Assembly: GCA_013239625.1 (NCBI GenBank)
Contig: MU053652.1
Location: forward strand, 8,754,077-8,818,076
DNA length: 64,000 bases
Source: Lama guanicoe
Taxonomy: Eukaryota
Reading direction: 5' to 3'
Under the pieces are notes generated by a model, which was given only the letters and a program-made list of their open reading frames with translations, had not been told where the DNA came from and made no database searches. The position numbers were made by a program, and so were the translations under genes. Each line of letters starts with the position of its first letter. Positions within the stretch are counted from its first letter, which is position 1. Shown here piece after piece: positions 25,936 through 36,790 of this stretch.

Positions 25936-27451
25936 TTTTCTTTTCTGAAGAAAGAGAAGAATGCAGAACTTACATTCCCAGTTCTTTTATAGTCAAAGTA
26001 AGTTTTGGATCGGTTATTTGGATGTACTGGATATAAACTTCAAATGATAATATTATCTGATTGGTACCATTGTAATGTAAGTTTATTGGAGTGTGCTTCA
26101 AAATGTTATTACCTAGAGGAGTTCCAGGGAGTTTCATTAGTAAAGGCTGTACTATGGAAAAATGTTTTCTTGTCCAAAAACTTTAAGTTCAAAGTTGTTA
26201 TTCTCCAAAGGGAGGCTTGTTTTTTAATGATGTTTTGCCTAAACTATGAGAAAGTAAATTTCTAATACTACCTATTATCTGTCATCACTTACATTTAGAC
26301 CATTCCTGTGAAACGTGGTTGGAGCTGTAGGAGGAAGTTGTAGCAACATTTTCTGTGGCTAGTATTATACTTCAGGGTTCACATATAAGAATGATGTATT
26401 ATATAACCAGTACTTACTTAAGGCGAAAAAAGAGAGAACCAGGTTTGAGCTTTGTTCATACTATCTTTTTGGAATCAATAAGTTATTCACTTTCCTTCTC
26501 CTACAGAGACTTCTGATTTGAAGCAGTCATATTTATTTCAGAACTTATTCTATCGGTTCTGTTTCCTGAACACTTTTTACTACATGTAGACAAGCTCAAA
26601 AATACAGGAAAATATTCTTTCCAACAACTAACAAAGAAAAACAAAGAGAAACTGAAAAGGAAACAGTACTTTGATCATCAGTCAGAGACAGGAGGGGTCT
26701 TGAACATGTTATATGAGAGAGGAGTTGAGGGAACCAGCCACAGAACGGGCTGACTGCTTGCTACCAAGATTTGCAAAGATTTCAAAGGGTCAGAACATGA
26801 CTGTGGGTCAAAATCAGCAGGAAATTTAGAAGCCTGCAGATCACATAAATCAGAAAGCAGGATGAATCATGGCAGCAGTGAAGGGCAACAGCCCCCAAAA
26901 GGGTTGATCGACATATGTGGCAGCAAAGCTGGCCTCATTTGGAAGCCCCAGACGAAAGTAGGAGGAAAGTAGCTTAGCGGCATAAGAGAGAGGTCCAACA
27001 GGGAGAAAATGAGCGTTAGTGGGAAGTAGTGATGGATAGGGTAGTGTCTGAAAACACAGATATAATTTAAAAGAATGCTATTCAGAATTAGTCCCATCTT
27101 GTCTAATAGTGTACTTAATTGTGTGTTTCTCTCCATAAATGATAACATGGTCATACGGAATATTTCCTAATCTTCTCTTTATGATCAGAGCCATAGTTTA
27201 GCAGAATTGAGCACTGGTGACAGGAAATAACATCATAGCCACAGTTCCCCATCTAGACTGCATTTGAATTGCCTGAAAATCATTGTAAGTTTACGATAAC
27301 GGGGAAGATAGCAGAGAAATTTGTTTTAGCCAGATAGAAGCATGATCTGATTAACGAAGAAATCATCACCACAATTTAAACGTTAATAACAGTATTGATG
27401 ACATGAACAGAGAGCAAAAGTTTTGCAAGTGTTAAGGTTTCTAACAGAGGA

Positions 27452-27614
27452 GGGAAGCAGGATGGTATAGTTCAGTGGTAGAGCACATGCTTAGCATGCA
27501 CAAGGTCCTGGTTTCAATCACCAGTACCTCCATTAAAAAAATAAAGAGAATAAATAAATAAATAAAAATTTAATTATACCCCCCTCAAAACAAACTCTCT
27601 AAGGGAAAACAAAG
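27452..27614 (+). mobile_element. vic-1 type SINE (sense to CADPS2)
   Basis: ggtatagttcagtggtagagcacatgcttagcatgcacaaggtcctgg...ccagtacctcc plus (AAAT)n. TSD-like aaggtttctaa (27434-27444) / aagatttctaa (27615-27625). Confidence 0.9.
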
Positions 27615-27899
27615 AAGATTTCTAATCATTTATTCCAGAATCATTTATATCCTTAAGGACAGTACATTAATATTCAAAACAGGGGAAAAGCACATCCTAT
27701 TTTCATAATTTAAAAAAAGGAATGTTTAATGTCTTTATGAAAACATGAATATATTCTAGTGCTTTTGTTTATTTCAGGTATCAGCACTTATGGAAAAAAT
27801 TTTAAATTTCTTTTGACAGTAGATTAGAAGGACATACCAAAAATCAGAGGAAATTTGAATACCAGCTATTTCCAGCTTTGTGAAGTTGGCAGCTTTATC

Positions 27900-28400
27900 C
27901 TTTCTGCCAGTTAGATTGATCTTTAGTCTTGTCTTTATCCACCTTCTCCTCACCCAAAGTAGTTAATCCCTCTCTCTCTCTGTAGTGTTTCCCACAGATA
28001 AATCCCCTTCCATTCCTTCTGCCAACTCCAGTTCAATCTATTCTAACAGCAATGAAAATAACTGTCCAGTGACTTCTGCACTGATTTTCCTGTTTCACCT
28101 GTTTTCCAAACCATTCAAGAATTTAGAAATGCTATTCAATATCTTTGCTAAAAAACTTCTAGTGCTTCCCCATTGCCTATGGGATGAGACTCACTTTTTT
28201 CAGCCTAGCATTCCAATTTCTTCAAAAACCTGTCCCCACCTAGTCTTCCCAACTTTTTCTCCTTTCTATACCCAACGCAAACCCCTAACTTCAACCAAAT
28301 TGATTAGTTCATATATCCTGAACATGCTTCTACTAACTCAGCCCCTTTTCCCTCCACTCTTTGACTTAACCAAACCATACCAGTCTGATGACAGGTTACA
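27900..28400 (+). mobile_element. Degenerate LINE-2 fragment
   Basis: Pyrimidine-rich text with aaaacttctagtgcttccccattgcct...cagcctagcattc, as in L2. Confidence 0.55.
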
Positions 28401-28824
28401 CATTTTTTCACACTGGTATAGATGTGCCAAGAAAAGTAGTTTATTCACCTAACTTCCTCTTGAGTAGAATACTCAGCCAACCTACATCCCTTCATCCCCG
28501 CACCCCTGGTTTTGAGGGAACTGCTGAGTCCTTTTTATACCGCAAGAATCTGAAGAAGCTCCAGCCCCTCCTCTGCTTCATCAGGACCACTCCCACTGAG
28601 TTGGAGCACAGCCCTCGCGCACTCCTCAACTCCAGTGCATTGTCTCTAACAGCTTGCCTCGCTTCTCTCCATCTTTCTTCTCACCATAATCTTTCCCTCT
28701 TCTGTCTTGCCTAGGACTGACCTTCTGTAAAATTCTTTACGTCATCTAGGCTTGATGTTGAAGGAAGTCTGGCTGTCTTCAGTGAAGGAAGAGATAACAT
28801 TTATTTAGACAATTCATTTTTTTG

Positions 28825-29296
28825 TATATGCACATAAATGGACCCAACAAATGGCCTCCCTCCATTCACACCCTTTGCCCCATATCTATGTTGTCCCCTC
28901 CAACTTTAGGCTTGGCCATGGGGCTTGCTTTGGCCCTGGGGATGGTAGCAAACTTGACATTAGCAGAGGCTTGAAAAGAATTTGTGCATATTCACTTCTG
29001 CTCTTGCTCTCCTGCCTTTGCCACCAGGGCACTTATGGGCCAGACCGCTAGAGGAGCAGAACTGAATCAGCACAGTTATCCTGACCAAGGTCTCAGACAT
29101 ATGAGTAAGCCCAGACAAAGTGAACAAAGCCAGTTAGCCAACTTGTAGCTGTCCACAGGCCCGTGAGGGGGTCATGCTGAGCCCTGATCAGATCCGTAGA
29201 ATTGCTCAGTCAACTATATGTTCATGAGAATAAGTGACTGTTTTAAGTTAACTACATTTTAGTGTGGTATGTTACACAGCAAAAGCTGACTGATAC
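28825..29296 (+). mobile_element. MaLR solo LTR (MLT1G/H-like)
   Basis: ggcttggccatggggcttgctttggcc...agcagaggcttgaaaag and the terminal tgttttaag...gttacacagcaaaagctgactgatac. Confidence 0.8.
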
Positions 29297-29429
29297 TGTG
29301 CACTATTGTTTCACTGTGAAACCCTACTCCCTTTTCCTACCTCTTCTATTATGTATCAGATACTCAAAATTGGACTAGTCAGATTGCTTGGCCCATGCTA
29401 TATGCCAGATTGATCTATACATTTAATTA

Positions 29430-29725
29430 TATGTGCTATCTTTCCTGTTGAATATGTCTTTCTACAAATATCATTTGTCCATTTTATCAAAATGTACATG
29501 TGGGTGTTTTCCAAATTTGTGCTGTTTCAGAGAGTGCTACTATGAACATCCTATGCGTGTCTCCTGGTACACACATTCTCTTAGTGTGTACCCAAGAGTG
29601 AAGTTGCTGAGCTGATGAGAATGTGAACATTATCTTTACAAGATAATACTAAACTTCTTCAAGCTTTACCAGTAGTTGTACACAGGACACATTTCTGGTT
29701 AAAATTTCTCCAGCTGTATAGAGAG
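29430..29725 (-). mobile_element. Old L1 (L1ME-like) 3' fragment
   Basis: gggtgttttccaaatttgtgct...gctactatgaacatcc...gtacccaagagtgaagttgctgag. Confidence 0.65.
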
Positions 29726-31439
29726 CCTTTTGTTCTTTTCTCTTTTTTTATCTTTTACCACATACTACTGTATTTTGATACTTATACTTTTATGTGTTTG
29801 TCTTATATCTATGCCTGTGGTGTTGGCTCCTGAAAGCGGGGATCCCAACTCTTCATTACTTTGCCCACGGGATTCAGAAGATAGTGGATCCAAATTTCAT
29901 ATCGATAATTGGTTGATTTTTATGTACTTTCAGAGTAAGACTCAACATGAAAATTCGTTAGTACTCCTCTCTTTTCAGGTCAGGCTAACTCAGGCATCCC
30001 GAATCTGTGCCCCCAGATTCACCACACGTGCTCTGTTACAGAATTACAGTTTCCCACATTATTGTTTGCCCCTCTAGCTAATATTCACCCCTTATAGAAC
30101 GGAGCTTCTTATTGATCAGGCACTGAATACATGCTTTGTATCGTCAAATCAATCATTCAGCACGTTTGTTGATTACATTCAACACATGTTTGTTGATTAC
30201 CATGTGCCAAGCTCTTTGAATGAATGAATGGAGGGGCTAAATTTGCTATAAAAATAGTGATGCTTAAAAAGAGACATTAATCAGCACAAGAAATACATTA
30301 GCTACAGTAGAAGTAATTACTTTTCCCATGGAAGTAGAGCAGCTGTTAACCTAATAGCCTGGGCTAGGAAATCAAACTGTAAAATGGAAAGCGATTTAAA
30401 CTGGCAGAATACACTCATACATCCAGAATGTAATGGACTATCAGATATCAACTGCTTCTTCCATGACTTTACATCCTAGTTGAAAATATATAAATAAGTG
30501 GTTCACAGAATCTATTTTAACTGGTGGTTTGAAACTGTTTCCAAAAAAAAACCCCTTATACTATAATTCAAAAACAATTTAAAAAATAGACAATCTTTTT
30601 TTTTTTTGCTTTTTTGCTTTTCTTTGAAAGTGTTAATTTATGCACACACAAAGGTGTTGCCCAAGTCAGGTGAGTAATTTTCATTGGTCACTCTGGTCAG
30701 TCAAAAAGGGTATAACGATTATTTGAGATTGATGTGTTAACTGAAAAATACTGTCTGTCTAGTTAGTGATTGTGAGAACTATATACATGAGCATTTATTA
30801 AACTTAACAAACATGGCCTGTATTTAAGAAGGAAGAGAAAGGCTTAACTTCCTCTTATGAAATATGAAAATATACAGGGACTAAGTTGATCAAACTTGAA
30901 TAATCAGAGAAGTTTCTAGACTGATGTAGACCAAGGGAGAAGAAATTATTGAATGAAACGATTAAGGATTGAACTTGAAATAAGTAAAACTGTGTAAAAT
31001 GAGTAAGACAGTGACAGAAAAAAACCCCAAAAAGCAAACAAACAAACAAACAGAAAGTAATGTTATAGTTGCAAATCCTTCTGCAGAGAACACATGTAAG
31101 GTTATCACGCACTGCACTGCCTCTTTTTGCATTGGAGGCAAATACAACTTTCTCATTCAAAAGCAAATAAATTATAATTGCCTAGGCTTAGTCTTTTGCC
31201 TTGACCTTTAAGCAAGAACACAGTTATGAACATTTGACAGGCTCTGCCTACACTTGGCAAAATTCGCACTTAGTTATAAATGACTATATATTGTGCACAC
31301 AAAGTTTTAACCATTGGATTTACTTGATTTCTCTTAGAGAGTGACAGTGTCAGGTGTGCTTATAGTGAAAGACATGAATAATTGATGATATGTTTTAAGA
31401 CATAATGAAAACTACTAAAGGACAATGTAACATCAGAGC

Positions 31440-31670
31440 AGTACCACTTTGTGGGAGTGGCTGGAGTGTACAGCCCATGTGCCTGCCTGTGGCCCCATCA
31501 CTGTGTACTCTTGGCATAAACTTCTTAACTTCCTGTGCCTCAGTTCTTCACTTGTAAAGTGAAAAGATAATTGCCTGTTTCACAAGGTCACTCACTGTGA
31601 GGGTTAAATGAGCTAATACCACTAAAGTGCCTGGCACATAATTAATACTCAGCACATTTTAGCTATTATC
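31440..31670 (+). mobile_element. MIR SINE
   Basis: cttaacttcctgtgcctcagtt...gtgagggttaaatgagctaat...gtgcctggcacata. Confidence 0.82.
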
Positions 31671-31729
31671 AATAAACAATAGTTAATTCAAAGTATGATT
31701 TACAAATAAATGCTGTGGGGGTTTTTTTC

Positions 31730-31933
31730 TTTTTTTTTCTCCCCCCAGAAGCAATTTTTTAAATTGAAGTATAGTCAGTTACAATGTGTCAATTTCTGGT
31801 GTACAGCATAATGTCCCAGTCATGCACATATACACATATATTCTTTTTCATTAAAGATTACTACAAGATATTGAATAAAGTTCCCTGTGCTATACAGGAG
31901 AAATTTTTTTTTTAATCTATTTTTACATGTAGT
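31730..31933 (-). mobile_element. Short camelid-type LINE-1 3' end
   Basis: aattgaagtatagtcagttacaatgtgtcaatttctggtgtacagc...gttccctgtgctatacag, same family as 53537-53848. Flanks tgctgtggg.. / tgctatggg.. resemble a TSD. Confidence 0.87.
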
Positions 31934-33329
31934 GCTATGGGTTTTTTTTATTGAATGGAACACTCTTTATATTCGATAGTGCTTTAAAATTTTTGAAAGT
32001 TTCACATATATGTGAATGTCATGTTTTAATTTTATGATATAGTGTTATATAATATAAAAATAAATCATGTAACTTTGAGATTTTCCTATTACAGTAATAA
32101 TATGTATTTAATATAAAAAAAACTAGAATTACAAGAGAATGAAGAACATAAAAGCACTTCATAGTGCCACTTTTTTTTAAATCTTAGGTATTTAAAAGTT
32201 AAAAATAAAAGTGCTCCTCTTTATTCTCTGACCCCACCAGCAGTATCACCAATTCTGTACAAATACCTTCGTTAAATCAACGTATTCAATTTACAGTAAC
32301 TTTAGATGTCTCAGCAGTGATATTTTCTGCCAACATCAGCCACTCTGTGTATTTAATGTTCTGACTGTTAAAGTCTTATCATGAATAAAGGGGTTAAAAA
32401 TTATTTCTTAATTAAAATTGCATTCCTACAAAGTCAATTGGTTGTAATAAGTTATGTAAAATGAAAAATTGAGCTTTGTGAGACAGCACAAATTGCATTA
32501 ATGATTGATGGGTAATGAGTGAAATGAAAAATTACTAGACAAGGAGGAGAAAGTGTTTACCCTGCTATTGAATTTCAGTGAATGGATTATAGCTATGATC
32601 TTGCCTTTAATGTTTCTTGTGGTAATTGTCAGGAAGAGGTATGAAGAATCGTGGGACCTTAATAATATGCCTTGCCATTTTAATTGCCGAGAGAAGCAAG
32701 AGAATCTTAATTGCCAGGAGACGCGTTACTAATTAAAGTGTCATTCTACATTCATTCTGAAATAATTAGTTTGAATATTTGTAAGAGCTGAGATGTAAAT
32801 TTAGTTCCAAATTCAAGCGCATACCCACAGCAGACTCTGTTAAAGTGATCTGTAGTTAGGAAAGGTTAACGACCATAAAATTTTCAATGTTTCTTTAATT
32901 TGGTACAATTTAATTTTTTATTGGATTGATTATTGAACTTGAACCAAATGGAGTTTATAGTATTTTAGAACTTAGTTTTTTAAATTGCTGTAACACTAAG
33001 TTGAGTTCCTAAACTGCTTTCAGATTGCTTGAGTATTGATGCTTTTTCATCTTTTTGTCTCAGTGTTTACCACAATTTGGGAAAAATCTTCTTTAATACT
33101 TTAATAAATAATGATGTCAACATTATAAAATATGAATTACACATTCTGTTAACACTACATGGCAACTTATAAATGTAATCATATTCAATGGACTTTTCAC
33201 ATTCTGGATTACACTTCCAAGTTTTCTGGTTAAAGTAAATTCACCTAAAAGGACACGTAGTTAAGAAAGTTTAAACAGTGATTTGTCTCTCCAGGATTTG
33301 AGGCAGAAAACCAAATATTCATAGTCATG

Positions 33330-33940
33330 TTCTCGTGGCACATCACCCCCAGCCCCTCCCTTGTTTTAGTTTTTAGCCCTTTCATCCCTGATCCCCTCTC
33401 TTATTTGGCACCCACCTGTGTGGGTGTCCATCCTGTACTGGACACTGTACTTTGTATGTTAGGTAACCTTATAAAATATATCGTATTTTGTGTGCCTATG
33501 TGTTTTAACTTTATACATTTTGTGCTAAAGGTATTCAACTTCTTATTATTTCATTAAACATTAAATATTTAGGTCCTGTGTACATAATTACACATGTATT
33601 CTTCTAGGTCACTGCTTCTTGATTTTATGTAATGTCATAATATCTGTCACATTTTTCCTATGCAGTCCTCTTACAATGAACACCCAGATTGTCTCCAGTC
33701 CATCGCCGCCCACAGAGCTGCCCTGACTGTCCTTGTTCATGTCCGCTAGCCTAGGTCTGCGTAAGAATTTCTACAGGTGATTGTGTCATCCGCAAATCAT
33801 GGGGTTTTTTTTCCCTCATAATTTGCTGTCTTTCCTCCTTTTCTCTTTCTTGTCTTACGCAGTGGGCCTAGGCCTTGAATGCTGTGCTGTTCAGAAGTGA
33901 CAGCAGGCCAACTTGCCTTTCCCCAGTTTTAGAAGAACTA
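33330..33940 (-). mobile_element. Degenerate old L1 fragments
   Basis: aatgaacacccagattgtctccag...gtccttgttcatgtc and ccttgcctttccccagttttag-like L1 motifs. Confidence 0.5.
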
Positions 33941-33942
33941 AA

Positions 33943-34400
33943 TCAGTATGGGGGTTCTGTAGAGGGAAAAAAACAGTAGCACATGTGTGTACGTGTGAGT
34001 GCACTAAGAGACGGATCATCAGGAACCAGCTCTTGTGATTCCGAGAGCTGGCAGCTCCACACTCTGTAGAGCCATGTCCCTGTTCCAGTCCAGAGGCTAG
34101 AAGCCGCTGTGGAACCAGGAAGAGCCAATGTCCCAGTTTGGAAGGTTTACAGGCAGGAATTGCCAGTGTTCCAGGGCGAAGCTGTCAGGAGAATTCTTCC
34201 TCAGCAGAGGATCAGCTTTCTGTTCTTTTCAGGTCTCCAGCTAATTGGACGAGTTCCACCCACGTTAGAGAGGGCAGTGTACCTTACTCAGTCTACTGAC
34301 TTAAATGTTAATCCAAACATATCCTCACAGAAACACCCAAAATGATGTTTGACCAAGTATCTAGGCACCACGTGGCCCAGTCAAACTGACATGCAAATTA
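33943..34400 (-). mobile_element. ERVL LTR (MLT2 family)
   Basis: ttactcagtctactgacttaaatgttaatc...cctcacagaaacaccc...tgtttgaccaa...gtggcccagtcaaactgaca is diagnostic of MLT2. Confidence 0.88.
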
Positions 34401-34959
34401 ATATTTATTTCATTAAGCATAATAATTGCTTTATATTCTTGGTATACAGCTTTACTAAATTGTTTATTAAACTATAAATTGTTGAACTTTATCAAGTATG
34501 TTTTCATTTGTGTCAATTAAGGTAGCAAAATTATTTTTCTCCATTAAGTTATCAATATAGTGATTTACAGTGGCGGGTCTTCTGGTGTTAAACCATCCTT
34601 ACATTCATGGAACACAACGTTTTATTATTAAAGCTATTTAAAATTAAATGAAATTTAAATATTCTCTTCAGTTTATCCAACTGCTAATGAGCTTGAGTAA
34701 ACTTTCATTTGCTTTTTAATTAGTAGTTCGTATGTTCATCTCCTCTACCAAATTTCTTATCTCTCTTTATAGGGGAAATTGACCTACAAGGTTTTTGTTT
34801 TAATGTTTTCCTTCAGTTTGAATTTGGGGACTCAGTGTTATATTAATCTCATTAAACCACTTGGGCACTTCTTTCTCAAATCTTTTTCTTTTTCCCTCTT
34901 TTTCCTTTTTATTAAAACAACTTGTATAAGAGATTTTTCTGTCATTGGAAGTTTCTTAA

Positions 34960-36510
34960 AAACTTATCTTACAGCATACCTGTTAGAATGGCCCAATTGT
35001 GTAACACTGGCAACACCAAATTCTGGCAAGGATGTGGAGCAGCAGGAATTCTCATTTATTACTGTCAGGCATGCAAAATGGTCCAATTAACTTTGGAAGA
35101 CAGTTTAGCAGTTTCTTGCAAAACTAAACATAGTCTGCCCATGTGATCCAGTAATCCTGCCTCTTGGTATTTACCCAAAGAACTTGAAAGCTTTGTCCAC
35201 ACACAACTTGAACATGGATGTTAATAGCTGCTTCAGTCATAATTACCAGAACTTGGAAGCAACCAATATGTCCTTCGGCAGGTGAATGGATAAGTTGTGA
35301 TATGTCCAGCAATGGAATATTATTCTGTGCTAAAAAGAAATGAGCTATCAAGCTATGAAAATACATGGAGGAATCTTAAATAAATTTGAATGAAAAAAGT
35401 CAATCTGAAAAGGCTACATGCTGTACGATTCCAACAATACGACATTCTGGAAAGACAAAACTGTGGAGACAGTAAAAAGCTCAGTGGTTGCCAGGAGTTG
35501 AGGGTAGAGAGTGGATGAGTAGGCAGAACACAGAGTATTTTTTAGGCAGTGAAATACTCTCTATGATACTTTTGCCGGTAGATGTAACCAGTGTTCCAGG
35601 TTTCTGTCCCATCCCAGAAAGAATTCAGAGACAGATGCAGTGGTTAAAGAAAAGTAAAGCGAGGATTTATTAAGGGATGGATAGTACACTCTCAAGGAGA
35701 GAGCAGGCGGGCTCAGGTGAGCAGCTGCCCTGAGTTTCTTTGGCAAGTTGGTTACATAGGGTGTAAAAATGAATGGGTGGAATATTCATTAGCGAGGGAA
35801 GGATCTGGGGTCATAGTCCCTGATTTTCATCCCAACTCCGCCTTCCCAAAAAGAGGAGAGAGTTTTGTCCTTATTTAGTCTGGATCGGAAGTGTCATGGT
35901 GCCATTGCATGATGGTTACTTCTAATGTGCAAGGCTAATTTTATTGAAATGAGGACATAATGAGCAAAAGGTTACATTCAGACACTGGAGATTTCCTGTC
36001 TTTTCCCACCTTTCTTTGTTATCCTCCAGGCTGCTTATCACCCCAAAGGGTGTGACCACTTATCAGCCCAGAGGTTTCTGCTTTTCTGTCTCTGCCCAAG
36101 GACGCCTGGTGCTTACATAATGTATTGCTTCCTGCATTTGGCCTGTGCCCTTCCTTTCTGCCCAATTTCTGCCATTTGGCCTGTGTCCCCCTTTCTCTGC
36201 TCATATCTAGCTGTCTGCCTGCTCTAACAATACTATAATGATGGATATGTATCATTATACATTTGTCCAGATACATGTGGTAAACAGCACCAAGAGTGAA
36301 CTGTGACTTAAAATCTGGACTTTGGGCGATCACAGTGTGTCAATATAGATTTATTAGTTGTAACAAATGTACCACTCTGGTGTAGGATGTCAGTACTTGG
36401 GGAGAATTTGCCTATGTGGAGGCAGAGAGCATTGGAAAATTTTCATACCTACCTTTAAATTTTTCTGTGAACCAAAAACTCTTCTTAAAAAATTAACTCT
36501 TAAAAGAAAA
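34960..36510 (+). mobile_element. Old L1 (L1MB/L1MC-like) 3' region, interrupted by an LTR at 35570-36229
   Basis: tggcaaggatgtggagcagcaggaattctca...; the L1 text ctatgatac|atactataatgatggata resumes after the LTR. Confidence 0.88.
35570..36229 (-). mobile_element. ERV1-type solo LTR (~660 bp), antisense to CADPS2
   Basis: Minus strand starts TGTTAGAGCAGGCAG, has AATAAA (tttatt at 35666-35671) near its 3' end, and a 4-bp TSD atac (35566-35569 / 36230-36233). The ERV1 assignment is inferred from TSD length and terminal sequence. Confidence 0.8.
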
Positions 36511-36649
36511 ACTTATTTGTAATATATTTTTTAGTTGATTATATTCTTATGATTCTTTTTATTTCTTGCAACTCTCTGATCTGTGTATGCAATATAATTT
36601 GCATATTTATATATCATTTGTGTAATAGAATTGTTATTACTATTACATC

Positions 36650-36790
36650 AGTTTATGGAGATTACTGAGGCATAAAGAGGTTAAGGAAATTTGACCAAAG
36701 TCACATAACTAGTAAGTGATCATGATTTAAACCCAGGTTTGTCTCATTCCAGACACTTGTTCTCTAAACCACTAGGCAACGCTGCCTAAC
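36650..36790 (-). mobile_element. MIR SINE fragment
   Basis: actgaggcataaagaggttaagg...ccaaagtcacataactagtaagtg...aacccagg. Confidence 0.82.

Noticed and set aside
27460..27532. tRNA-Ala-like sequences (also at ~390-462, ~14580-14652, ~46610-46837, ~49726-49800) as tRNA genes
   Set aside because: All carry the same SINE-specific 3' extension, A-rich tails and mostly TSDs, with mutations that break the cloverleaf.
27985..28714. Overlapping 155-aa and 108-aa ORFs
   Set aside because: Non-ATG or chance ORFs in pyrimidine-rich, L2-like sequence; no recognisable domain.
30155..30200. Two copies of attca(g/a)cac..tttgttgattac as a repeat array
   Set aside because: Only a two-unit slippage duplication in an L2-tail-like sequence; no spacer structure.
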